From: Blepharisma stoltei ATCC 30299
Lineage: Eukaryota; Protista; Ciliophora
Assembly: GCA_965603825.1 (NCBI GenBank)
Contig: CBFDEM010000014.1
Span: 124,001 to 188,000, forward strand
DNA length: 64,000 nucleotides
Reading direction: 5' to 3'
The position numbers were made by a program, and so were the translations under genes. Numbering within the stretch: position 1 is the stretch's first letter; each line of letters begins with the position of its first letter. The notes beneath the pieces are model-generated. The model was given only the letters and a program-made list of their open reading frames with translations, made no database searches and was not told where the DNA came from. Positions 11,901-21,471 of the stretch are shown one piece after another.

Positions 11901-12463
11901 ACCACGAAAGCAATTTTTCTTTAAATATGATTCCATCAGTATTTCAGTCCTACACCTTAGAATGGCCTAGAAAAATAACAGGCTATCATATTTCTATAGA
12001 TAATCCTCCATTGCCAGGCTCTCAATGTTCAATTGTTGAGTAATTTATAAATAGTTTACCATTCACAGCTGGACTTAAGCTCAAGGTGATTTTAGATAAA
12101 AGTGAGTCTAGTTTGTATACAACAAGGGATATAAGTAAAACTTTTATGATACTGGTTAGCAGTTTACTTGGATCGGTATTTGGAGTTATGGAAGTTGTAG
12201 GAGGAGTTATGAAATTTTTTGAAGAAATTGAGAGTGAGATGCTGGAAAAAATAAAAAATAGAAATAATTGGAAGGATGTGAAGGATAATAGGAAACATTT
12301 AGGGATTGAATTAAATAAGCAGGAATGTGTTGAGGAAGAAAATGAAGAAGGGGGAGAGATGGAGAAGCTGAAGGGATTGGGGCCAGTTAATACAAGGCAT
12401 AATTCTTTAGTAGAAACGCCGAGGTTTATAGAGAAATTGTATGAGCTTAATAAAGATTTCTAA
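8912..12463 (+). CDS. Signal-peptide kelch-repeat plus Cys-rich (ephrin-receptor-like/GCC2-GCC3) multi-pass membrane protein
   Basis: One frame after removing three 15-nt introns (9156-9170, 9436-9450, 12040-12054) and reading 14 TGA as Trp (9092, 9119, 9266, 9293, 9641, 9668, 9734, 10094, 10121, 10205, 10397, 10691, 11093, 11348). Repeated FGG...NDLW kelch blades, CPEGTY repeats and three hydrophobic segments. Confidence 0.88.
9156..9170 (+). other. 15-nt spliceosomal intron
   Basis: GTAACAATTAGCCAG, A at position 10, holds an in-frame TAG; removal restores the kelch frame. Confidence 0.85.
9436..9450 (+). other. 15-nt spliceosomal intron
   Basis: GTAATGGAGATTTAG, A10, in-frame TAA. Confidence 0.88.
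12040..12054 (+). other. 15-nt spliceosomal intron
   Basis: GTAATTTATAAATAG, A10, in-frame TAA; joins ORF 11366..12043 to 12086..12463. Confidence 0.88.
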
Positions 12464-13258
12464 AATCTAATAATTTATATTAAAGCTATGTGAATTTTTG
12501 TAGACGGTCCATAAGTTTAGCTAAAAGCTGGATTATTTTATAGTGAATATTTTTCAAATTTATATATAGAAATTAAATCACTTAAATAATACTTGAATTC
12601 TTCTTTTGATTGAAATTTGCTTTTCCTTGTCTTTTCTATATTCTTAAGAGTGAGGGTTAGAGAGTTGGGAGTAGAAGGGGGTTTCAAGTTTTGATATTTA
12701 CTTGACCAGCTATTTTTTTTGACTCAGTTATTTGGGTATCAACTGGAGTTTTGCGAAAATTCTTGAAATAAAGCTAATAATTGATGTCATTTTTATTTTT
12801 AGGAGCACTTGCATAAAATAAGCATATTAAATGATCTAATTTTAAGAGACTAAAATATTTTAATATTTAAATAAATTGAATAAAATACTTGTGAGTAACT
12901 TATATATATCCACTTATTTTTTTTATGATTTTGAGAGGTATCAAGGTTTGGTTTAGACTTAAAGTGAGAAGCCCAGCGAAATATCCGCTAATTTGTGGAC
13001 TAGCTTGACTGGTCGTTTCACATCTTTTCGCTAGAATCACCTAAGCTCAAAGTTAATTTTAAGTTTTTAGAAAGAAAAATATAAAAAAAGGATACACAGA
13101 TTTCTTTCGTTATTAGATATTTGCCTATCCTTGATCGAACTTTGATAATTTTTACGCACTATGATGGGTATGAATTAGCAAAATCACCACAAATATAGTT
13201 ATTTTATACATAAATTTGTAATAATCTCACTTTGCCTATCTTTAGTTGAATAAATTAA

Positions 13259-13870
13259 ATGATGTCAGATAATTACGACGACTGCAAACACCGATTTAAG
13301 GTCGTTCTCATGGGTTCTCACGGTGTAGGCAAGACCAGTCTTCTCAGGAGACTATGCAGAGACACATTTTCTTTGACAGTCCCAGAAACTCGTGGTTTAT
13401 CTGATCAGCCCAAACGGTTAAGAGTTTTTGATAAAGATATTGTTCTTCATTTGTGGGACACTGCAGGGACTGAAAAATATCGCCCGATCAATGCACTTTA
13501 CATAAGACGAACGCCTGGAGCAATTATTGCTTTTGATGTTACGCGAAAAGAAACATTCAATGACTTAGGATACTGACTGAAAGAATTATTCACAAATTCA
13601 GATGATCCTCAATGCATACTTGTAGGCAACAAAATTGATTTAACGGAGCAGCGAGAGGTTCGCAAAGAAGACGCTGAAGAATTTGCGAGAAAAAATAAGC
13701 TTATATATGTGGAGACGTCAGCGAAGGATAATGTTTGTGTATCGCAAGCATTCGAAAGACTGGGAGAAATGATTTTGGAAAAGAATATGAAATCAACGCT
13801 TTCTGGGGATAACTCAAGAAGAAGGCTAAGTTCAGTGGCGAAGCCAGTAAAGAAGGGATGCTGTAATTAA
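13259..13870 (+). CDS. Divergent Rab-family small GTPase
   Basis: G1 GSHGVGKT, G3 WDTAGTE, G4 NKID, G5 ETSAK, C-terminal CCN. The TGA at 13574 sits at the conserved Trp (GYWLKEL). Confidence 0.92.
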
Positions 13871-14297
13871 GACTTGTTATAATTCAATTCAATTATCTGG
13901 CAATTTATGATTGGATTTATATTTAATAAGGATATTTAGATTATTTTAAAAGGAAAGGAAATGCTCAGATTTTACCTAAATTTAAAATAGAGGAAGTCAG
14001 ATTTTGAATAAAAAATTATTATTGATTTAATTAACAGAGCATGCTAACTCTAATAATAAATTTCATAAAATTCACTGCAAACATGCATTAATTTTATTTA
14101 ATATTGATTCAACATTAATTTAGACACAAAAATTGATAAAATGATCCATTTTAATCCACGTATCGTCACAAAAAATAAGGTGATAAATTTTATTATAAAA
14201 ATAATTCTTGCTATCTCTATTCACTTCTTTAATATATCTGCTGTTTCATCTTATCAATTTTAATGAAGCAGAATCAAAATGAGGCATCTTTATAATA

Positions 14298-15923
14298 ATG
14301 TTTATCAGTCCGACTGCTCCAGACACCCCTAAAAATCGATTTTGGCGCAAATGCGAGTTGTATTTCTCATTATCGCTAGGACTTTATGCTGCTTATGCAA
14401 TGATGATTGAATCTTATTATTTGTCACATAAGCTTGCTGATTCTAATAAAATAGTGGGTCTAAAACAAAGTACATTCCCATGAACCAGCTATATAGATCT
14501 GTATGACGGCCAGCTCAGTTCTTTTAGAGAAAGTCTCCCTCTTCTATCTCTATTTGCATTTGTGTTTATCGTCTTTAGAAAAATTCTACTTCGATTCAAG
14601 CCAGAATTAGAGACTCAACTTACCTATTATATTATCTTTGGACTAGGGTATGCAGGATACATACATGGTCCAGGGGTAATTTATTTAGTGTTAATGGTTG
14701 CTGTGAATTATTTTTTGGTTGAAAATTTTGCTGGGAAAAAATTCTTTGCAATTTCGATTTGGGTGCTAAATTTAGGCTTCCTTATAATAACTGAACTCTA
14801 TACTGGCTATAAATTTGCGTGGTGGTCATCAAGTCTAGCATTTTTAGACAGAGTTCCTCATGATTTACCATGGTGGAGAGTCACTAATCTCTGCATGCTA
14901 AAAGTAATCAGTTATGCAATGGACTATCATTGGAGTATCCTCAATCTCCCAACGCCTACCAAAGAAAAGCACAAGCTTATATGTTCAGAATGCACAGAAT
15001 CAATAGACTGCTTAGACTATAGGACAAAGTCTCACGCCTCTCACTATTCTTTCAAAGCCTTTATTTCATATTTCTTTTACCCACCTCTTTATTTAGCTGG
15101 GCCTACTATTTCATATAATGCCTGGATTTCCCATGTACAAGTCCCTCAGCAAACTTTTGACGCCAAAAGGCTTGGGATGTACATATTGAGGTTTTTTATG
15201 ATTTACTTTATATTGGAATGGTCTATCCACAATCTTTATTTTCCAGGAATTGCCTCCAATCCTAGAAATAAGAGATTATGGGAACAATTTAATGTCTGGG
15301 AGCTGATCGCGACTTCATATGTTATCCTCAATTGGATTTGGCTTAAGTTTACAGTGATTTGGAGATATTTCAGAATCTGGGCTTTGCTTGATGGAATTGA
15401 ATGTGTGGAAAACATGGTCCGCTGCATGTCGAATAGCTATTGTTTTGAGCAGTTCTGGAGAATGTGGCATCGATCTTTTAATCAGTGGCTAGTCCGCTAT
15501 CTTTTTGTGCCACTTGGAGGGAGGAAATATAAAATTTATAACATTTGGGTAGTTTTTGGATTTGTGGCACTTTGGCATGATTTAACCTTAAAACTGCTAG
15601 CTTGGGGCTGGGGGATGTGCATTTTCATCATGCCAGAAGTTCTCGCCAAAGCTTATTTCCAGCAGCCAAAGTTTGCTGAATTTAGAAAAACGCTTACCTA
15701 CAACTGGTTATGTGCTTTTGGCGGAGGATTTTATATCGTCCTTCTAATGATGGCAAACCTCATAGGATTTTCATTTGGAATTGAAGGGTTTTATATCGCA
15801 ATGAGAGAGTTTTCGACACCTGAAGGGAGTTGGATGCTGTTTAAGTTTACGATTTACCTTGGCTTTTGTGTTCACTTCATGTTCGCACAGAGAAAAGCTG
15901 AGGAGAAGTTTAAAGGATTTTAG
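14298..15923 (+). CDS. MBOAT O-acyltransferase, GUP1/HHAT-like
   Basis: ORFs 14298..14483 and 14562..15923 are in frame through TGA 14481. Motifs YPPLYLAGP, FWRMWHRSFNQWLVRYLFVPLGG and FVALWHD. Confidence 0.9.
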
Positions 15924-15951
15924 AGTAATAATTAATTTTCAAATTTTTATT

Positions 15952-17211
15952 CTATTTAAGATGCAAGAGCATCAATGAAGGATTTTCTAAAAGTTCTTTC
16001 CATCTTGCCACAAATCTTGCTACAGTCGCTCCGTCTAGCAATCTGTGATCAGCTGACCATGATGACCCTAGCACTTGTCTCTCCACAAATTCTCCTTTAT
16101 TTCTTTCTAGTCGTGGCCTAATTGCTCCGAGTCCTCCAATCAGAACTTGTGGAGTCATTATAATAGGTGCTGTGTAGGTCCCTCCAATAGTCCCAATATT
16201 AGACAAGCATATAGTCCCTCCTTCTAAATCTGCTTGGTTTATTTTGCCTTGTGAGCCTAGCTCTTGAAGCCTTGCCATTTCGACAGCGATTTCATAAATA
16301 GACAAATTTTGGCAATTTTTTATGTTAGGGACTATAAGTCCAGCTCTGCTGTCCATTGCAAAACTTACGTTATGGGATGATTTCATTACAAATTCTGTAT
16401 TGTTGTTGATAAAGCTAGAGTTTGCGATAGGGAAATCATAAAGAGCGAGAGACATAGCTTTAATAAAGAAAGGCATAAATGTGAGTTTTACGTCAGTTAA
16501 GGAGGTTTTTATCATTTTTCTAAGCTCTATTAAGGTGTCCATGTAGATATCTTCACAGTAAGTTAGATGAGGAATTGCTAAAGCTTCAGTCATAGCTTTG
16601 AACATGCCTTTCTGGATAGGAGAAAGCTTAACTACTTTGTCTTTGGCTTCAACGGAGGCTACAGTGGCAGGCCTTACGGGAGGTGTGACATGAGAGGGGC
16701 CTTCTAAATATCTTAATAAATCTTCTTTAAGAACTCGGCCATCTTTGCCTGTGGATGGGATTGTTGATATGTCAATTCCTTTCTGTTTCGCAAGGAAACG
16801 CACTGCTGGAGTAGCGAGGACTTTTGAGTGAGTTTTTGACGTAGATTCTTCTAGTTGCTCTTCTTTAGGAGTTTCTGTGTCTTCTTCTTTTTTAATATTT
16901 CCTTTGGGTGGGTATTTTTTATCATCAATTTCGATTTTAAATAAAGGAGCACCTATAGGAGCCATTTGGTTTGCATTGTAAAAATGTTCTGTGATTGTGC
17001 CATCATAAGGACTTTTGTACTCTATAAAGCCTTTGTCACTTCGAGCTTCACATAAGACTTGGAATTCTTTGACTGATTCTCCAGGTTTTATGAGCCAATG
17101 CTGAATTTCGACTTCGGCGATACCTTCACCGGGCTGAGGGATAATGAAGGTTTCAAGCCTATTAAGTAAAGACGATCTTCGGAAAAACCTGCGTCCTATA
17201 TTTAGTAGCAT
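15952..17211 (-). CDS. DBT: Branched-chain alpha-keto acid dehydrogenase E2 (dihydrolipoyl transacylase), mitochondrial
   Basis: Transit-like N-terminus, lipoyl domain (SDK), E3-binding LATPAVR..GKDGRVLKED, catalytic SWSADHRLLDG. Confidence 0.93.
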   Translation of the reverse strand: MLLNIGRRFFRRSSLLNRLETFIIPQPGEGIAEVEIQHWLIKPGESVKEFQVLCEARSDKGFIEYKSPYDGTITEHFYNANQMAPIGAPLFKIEIDDKKYPPKGNIKKEEDTETPKEEQLEESTSKTHSKVLATPAVRFLAKQKGIDISTIPSTGKDGRVLKEDLLRYLEGPSHVTPPVRPATVASVEAKDKVVKLSPIQKGMFKAMTEALAIPHLTYCEDIYMDTLIELRKMIKTSLTDVKLTFMPFFIKAMSLALYDFPIANSSFINNNTEFVMKSSHNVSFAMDSRAGLIVPNIKNCQNLSIYEIAVEMARLQELGSQGKINQADLEGGTICLSNIGTIGGTYTAPIIMTPQVLIGGLGAIRPRLERNKGEFVERQVLGSSWSADHRLLDGATVARFVARWKELLENPSLMLLHLK

Positions 17212-17453
17212 TTTTTATCCACATTAACTTAACAAGCACAATGATTAAGCACTGCCACTAACAATTTTAAAATATTTTAAATAAATTCATTTAATTGAGT
17301 TACTTAGCTAATTTTTAATAATTATTATCTTTTTAATTTTTAATAAAATATTGTTAGCGCAAGACATAAATAAAGTCAAAATATAAAATTTTTGCATTCG
17401 CCTTATTAAATTAATTAAATTTTAATTTAGGGGGCTAATAATTAAAATTATTT

Positions 17454-18473
17454 ATGATGAATAAAATTACCCGATATTTAAAGAAAATAGATGGCGATAT
17501 TAAACCAGCACCAAAAGTTGACAATAGATGCCTTGTCTGCTTAGAATCAATTGACGAGTGATCACGATGCACCCTAAACGACTGTGGTCACGATCAATTT
17601 TGCTACACTTGTATAAGTCGCTGATCAGAAATTACAAATAAATGTCCTCTTTGCAATAAAAGATTTTATTATTACTCAAGCGTTGGATCTTCAGAATTAG
17701 CATACATTGGCCAAGATAGAGACCAGCCAAATACCTTAGACGAAGAAATCTATCGGGATATTATCTGTCAGGTATGCCGCCTTTCTACAGGAGAAGAAAC
17801 TATGTTGCTTTGTGATGCATGCGATAATGGGTATCACACTGATTGTATAAATTTAAAGCATATTCCTATTTTAGAAGAATGGTTTTGTGAAAAATGCATT
17901 AAAAAGAAGTCCAAAGCTAAGCAAAAGAAGCAGCATGAAGAAATGCAAAAGGCAGCCAAAGATGGAATAAAATTTGAGGATTATTCTACTTGTAAAAAGA
18001 GAAAAGCACGCAAGAAAAAAGCAGGAAAGAAAAAAGTAAAAAAAGCAGAGGTTGTAAAAAACGACGATTTATTAAGCGAAGTTGCTTGCAGTATAATAAA
18101 GATAGCCCAGAAAAAAGAAATAAAAGTCGATGATGCAGAAAAAGATGGCGATTTATTAAAAGAAGCAATTCGCAGCAAGAAAAAGGTAGCTCAGAAAAAA
18201 GAAACAAAAGCAGATGCTGAAGAAAAAGATAGTGAGTTATTAAAAGAAGCCATTTGTAGCAAGAAAAAGGTTGCTAAGAAAAAAGAGGTAAAAACAGAAG
18301 ATACAGAAAAAAATGATGATTTATTAAAAGATGCAATATGTAAGAAGAGGAAGATAGGTAAGAGAAAAGAAATAAAAATAGAAGTGATGGTAGAAAAGTT
18401 CAAGAGATCTGCACGAGCTAAAAACAATGAGTCAGCACAAGCAGCTTGGAACGAACAGTACGTATTTTATTAA
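17454..18473 (+). CDS. RING plus PHD finger protein (PHRF1-like) with basic repeat tail
   Basis: From ATG 17454 with TGA=Trp at 17559 and 17622: RING CLVC..CGHDQFCYTCISRW..CPLC, then PHD CQVC..LLCDACDNGYHTDC..WFCEKC. Confidence 0.88.
18027..18380 (+). repeat. Four imperfect 84-nt (28-aa) coding tandem repeats
   Basis: D/E-L-L codons recur at 18066, 18150, 18234 and 18318; the unit resembles KDGDLLKEAIRSKKKVAQKKETKADAEE. Boundaries are approximate. Confidence 0.85.
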
Positions 18474-18557
18474 GTAATTAAATAGCAAAGACTATCCCCA
18501 GTATATAAACACTTATTATTAAAATAAAAATCAAGCCTAAATTAAGGGGGTAATAAA

Positions 18558-19730
18558 ATGGACTTTAGCAATAAAATTCAAGCTTACAAAGATACCGGAA
18601 TTCAAAAACCAAGACAACGTGGTATTGAAGAACCATGGGAGTGGGAAATTAAATCAGACACTTCCTTTAAGCTTCAAATACCAGATAAAAAATTCTCATA
18701 CCCACAAAACACTACTTTCTCTGTTCCTCATAAAAGTGTGTGTGTTACAGAAAGAAGCAAAATAAGCTACCAAATCAATAGTCCAGATACTGATTATCAA
18801 GTCAAGAAAGCCAATTATAAACAACGCGGAGCATATCCATATAAATATACTGCAGACGGAGATTGTATCTATAAAGCCGAAAATGCATTACCAAAAATTG
18901 AGCCTGTTCCTTTATATCATGACATAACGATCCAAACTTTTCCTCCGTATATCCAAGAGGTCTCTAGTAAAATACTTATTGATGATAATCGTGAAACACC
19001 ATACACTCAAAGAAAAATTCATACAATAGTCGATCCTTTTGAAATTAGCCTGTTTCCAGAAGAATCACATGCAAAAATTGAAGAAATAGCCTCAGATGAA
19101 GAGCAAAAAATAGCTATAAATGAAGAACAAAAAATAGCCACAAATGAACAAAGAAAGGCAGCCGATTTTGAAGGAAATTCTTATAAAATAGTCCAGCCAA
19201 AAAGAATCATAGAAAATGCTTCTAAAGGTTCAGATACACTGTTCAATATTACGACCTATAAGACCTCAAAATGTAGCTTAGGCTCAGACTGCACAGGAAG
19301 TTGCAATGATTATCATTTTGAAGGCGAAAGAAGGCGCGCTCCATCAGATTTTTTCTATATCCCTGAGCTCTGTGAAAATATCCCGAACTGTAAAAGTGGC
19401 AACTCTTGCACAAAATCACACAATGCTATTGAGATTATTTATCACCCTCAGATGTACTTGTCTCATTTCTGTCCATATTCATCCACGTCAATAAAATGTG
19501 TATTAGGGAAAGCTTGCAATTTCAAGCATCTTGAGAAAAAATTAAAATCAAAATGTCCTCAAGAATTCTTAGGCAAAATTTTTTCAGAATTTGATGAAGA
19601 GAATGAAAACTTAGAAAATATAAATCAGGATGCTAATGGAAACGCAGAAGGTGATTTGATAAAAGGCAAAACTAAGGAACATCCAATGGATGGGAAGAGG
19701 GCTTTTGAGGATGAGTGATATTCTGCATAA
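18558..19730 (+). CDS. Unkempt-like CCCH zinc finger protein
   Basis: YKTSKC..C..C..YH..ERRR, C..C..C..SHN..E.IYHP..Y...C..C..C..KH. The TGA at 19716 read as Trp extends the ORF to TAA 19728-19730. Confidence 0.78.
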
Positions 19731-19828
19731 AATGTTTCGGTTAATAAACTAAATACCTTCGGTAATTTAAATTCGTCTGAACCTAGCAAAATTTCATATT
19801 TTCCTTAGATAGCTGGAGAGATAATAAA

Positions 19829-21340
19829 ATGAAAGTATTGGTATTCCTCACCATACTCAGCCTCGCTTTAAGTGGGTCCACCTTCCGTTCAGTCCAATTT
19901 TCTCCAGTATCCGGCGCGACTAATGTAATTAGAGGTCTCCTCAAAGGAATTGGCTCAGAAATCACAACTGACGACATCAAGCCATGCCTAGCAGACATAG
20001 ACGATATGATCCCAGACCTTCAAGAAGCAATTAGCTATTATAATCAGCACACTTCTGAAAGCTACAGAAGCTGCCTATTACTTCTTGGCCTTGCCCTCAA
20101 AGATGTTCCATCTGCAATAGACACATGCAAAGGCGGTGCAACCCAAGCTGCAAGCATTATTTCTGATGCTTTAAAGACCTTTACAGACCCGTCAAGCTTC
20201 CCAGGCGACCTTACCAAAGCTTTGGTACTGGATGGAAAAGATATTAAAGTCAATTTCGCCCAAGCCGCAATTAAATGGAGCAAAAGTGACTATGAAGGAT
20301 TCGGGTTCAGCATTGGCCAAGCCATGTATAACGTATTTCAGACCCTTGAAGAATACAATCTCATGTCCTTACACATCAGTGCCTCAAGCCCTGTTGACAT
20401 CGTAAAAGGATTTTTTGAAGCTTTTAAAGAAGAAATTGTCACTGCAGATGTCAAGCCTTGTTTAAAAGAAGTCGATGATATGATCCCTGACCTAAAAGAA
20501 GCAATTGAAAGCTGCAAACAAGATACTGCTGAAGGTGTAAGAAATTGCTTAATTTACCTGACTCTGGCAGCTAAAGCTTTCCCAACTGCTTTGAGCACAT
20601 GTCAGACTGGAGCTTCCCAAGCTTTAAATATTGTGACTGATCTTGCGAAAACCATGCTCAAGCCGTCAACTTTTTCAAGCGACTTCGTAAAAGCTTATGT
20701 CTTGGATTCAAAAGACATTAAAAGCTCACTTGCCCAAGCAGCTTCAATGTGGAGTAAGAATGATATGGAAGGGTTTGGATACAGCCTTGGACAGACTTTA
20801 TATGAGATGTATAATGTACTGGAAGAGTTCAATGTGCTATTAGGATCAAGCCAGGATGCTTCTCTTGAGTTATTAGATGGGTTCTTGTTTGGAATTGCCT
20901 CAGATATGTATAATGACGAAATCAAAAGCTGTTTCGCAGATATTGAGACAGTCGAAAAAGACATTAAGGCATTTTTCACTGAAATTAAGACAGAAACCTT
21001 AGAAGGTATGGTCGAAGGCTTCAAAACTCTTGGAAACACCCTTGATCATATTAACAGTGCTATTGCTGAATGCAAGTCAAAAGCAACTGATGTCATTGCT
21101 ATAGTTTCTAAAGCGTCTAAGCAATTTATTTCTCCATACACCTTTGCTTATCATGTTGGCAGAGCAATCCTTGTCAATGAAAAGCAAATTTACAATGAAA
21201 TTACCACTGCTATGAGAGCTTGGAATAACGCAGAATATTTCAACTGTGGCTACAACATTGGAAAAGCAGTCGTAATTGTTGCTCAAGATAAAGCAATTGA
21301 GCCTGCTTATAATGGTGCATCAAGAAGAATAAAGCATTAA
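19829..21340 (+). CDS. Secreted protein with three ~158-aa helical Cys-containing repeats
   Basis: Signal peptide MKVLVFLTILSLALS; repeats DIKPCLADIDDMIPDL / DVKPCLKEVDDMIPDL / EIKSCFADIE, each ending W....GFG..IG-like. Confidence 0.85.
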   Translation: MKVLVFLTILSLALSGSTFRSVQFSPVSGATNVIRGLLKGIGSEITTDDIKPCLADIDDMIPDLQEAISYYNQHTSESYRSCLLLLGLALKDVPSAIDTCKGGATQAASIISDALKTFTDPSSFPGDLTKALVLDGKDIKVNFAQAAIKWSKSDYEGFGFSIGQAMYNVFQTLEEYNLMSLHISASSPVDIVKGFFEAFKEEIVTADVKPCLKEVDDMIPDLKEAIESCKQDTAEGVRNCLIYLTLAAKAFPTALSTCQTGASQALNIVTDLAKTMLKPSTFSSDFVKAYVLDSKDIKSSLAQAASMWSKNDMEGFGYSLGQTLYEMYNVLEEFNVLLGSSQDASLELLDGFLFGIASDMYNDEIKSCFADIETVEKDIKAFFTEIKTETLEGMVEGFKTLGNTLDHINSAIAECKSKATDVIAIVSKASKQFISPYTFAYHVGRAILVNEKQIYNEITTAMRAWNNAEYFNCGYNIGKAVVIVAQDKAIEPAYNGASRRIKH

Positions 21341-21471
21341 GCTTATTTGATTTGCATAAATAAGGATAAATTAATTATCATTCTTTTATCAATTTTTAAT
21401 CCTTCTCAAATTGATAAGGCATTTATTCGTATGTAAAAAAAAATCATATAGACTTAACTAGATTTAAATAA

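Noticed and set aside
12645-12690. G-rich stretch (GAGGGTTAGAGAGTTGGGAG) as a telomeric remnant
   Set aside because: No tandem units of a telomere repeat; single partial match only.
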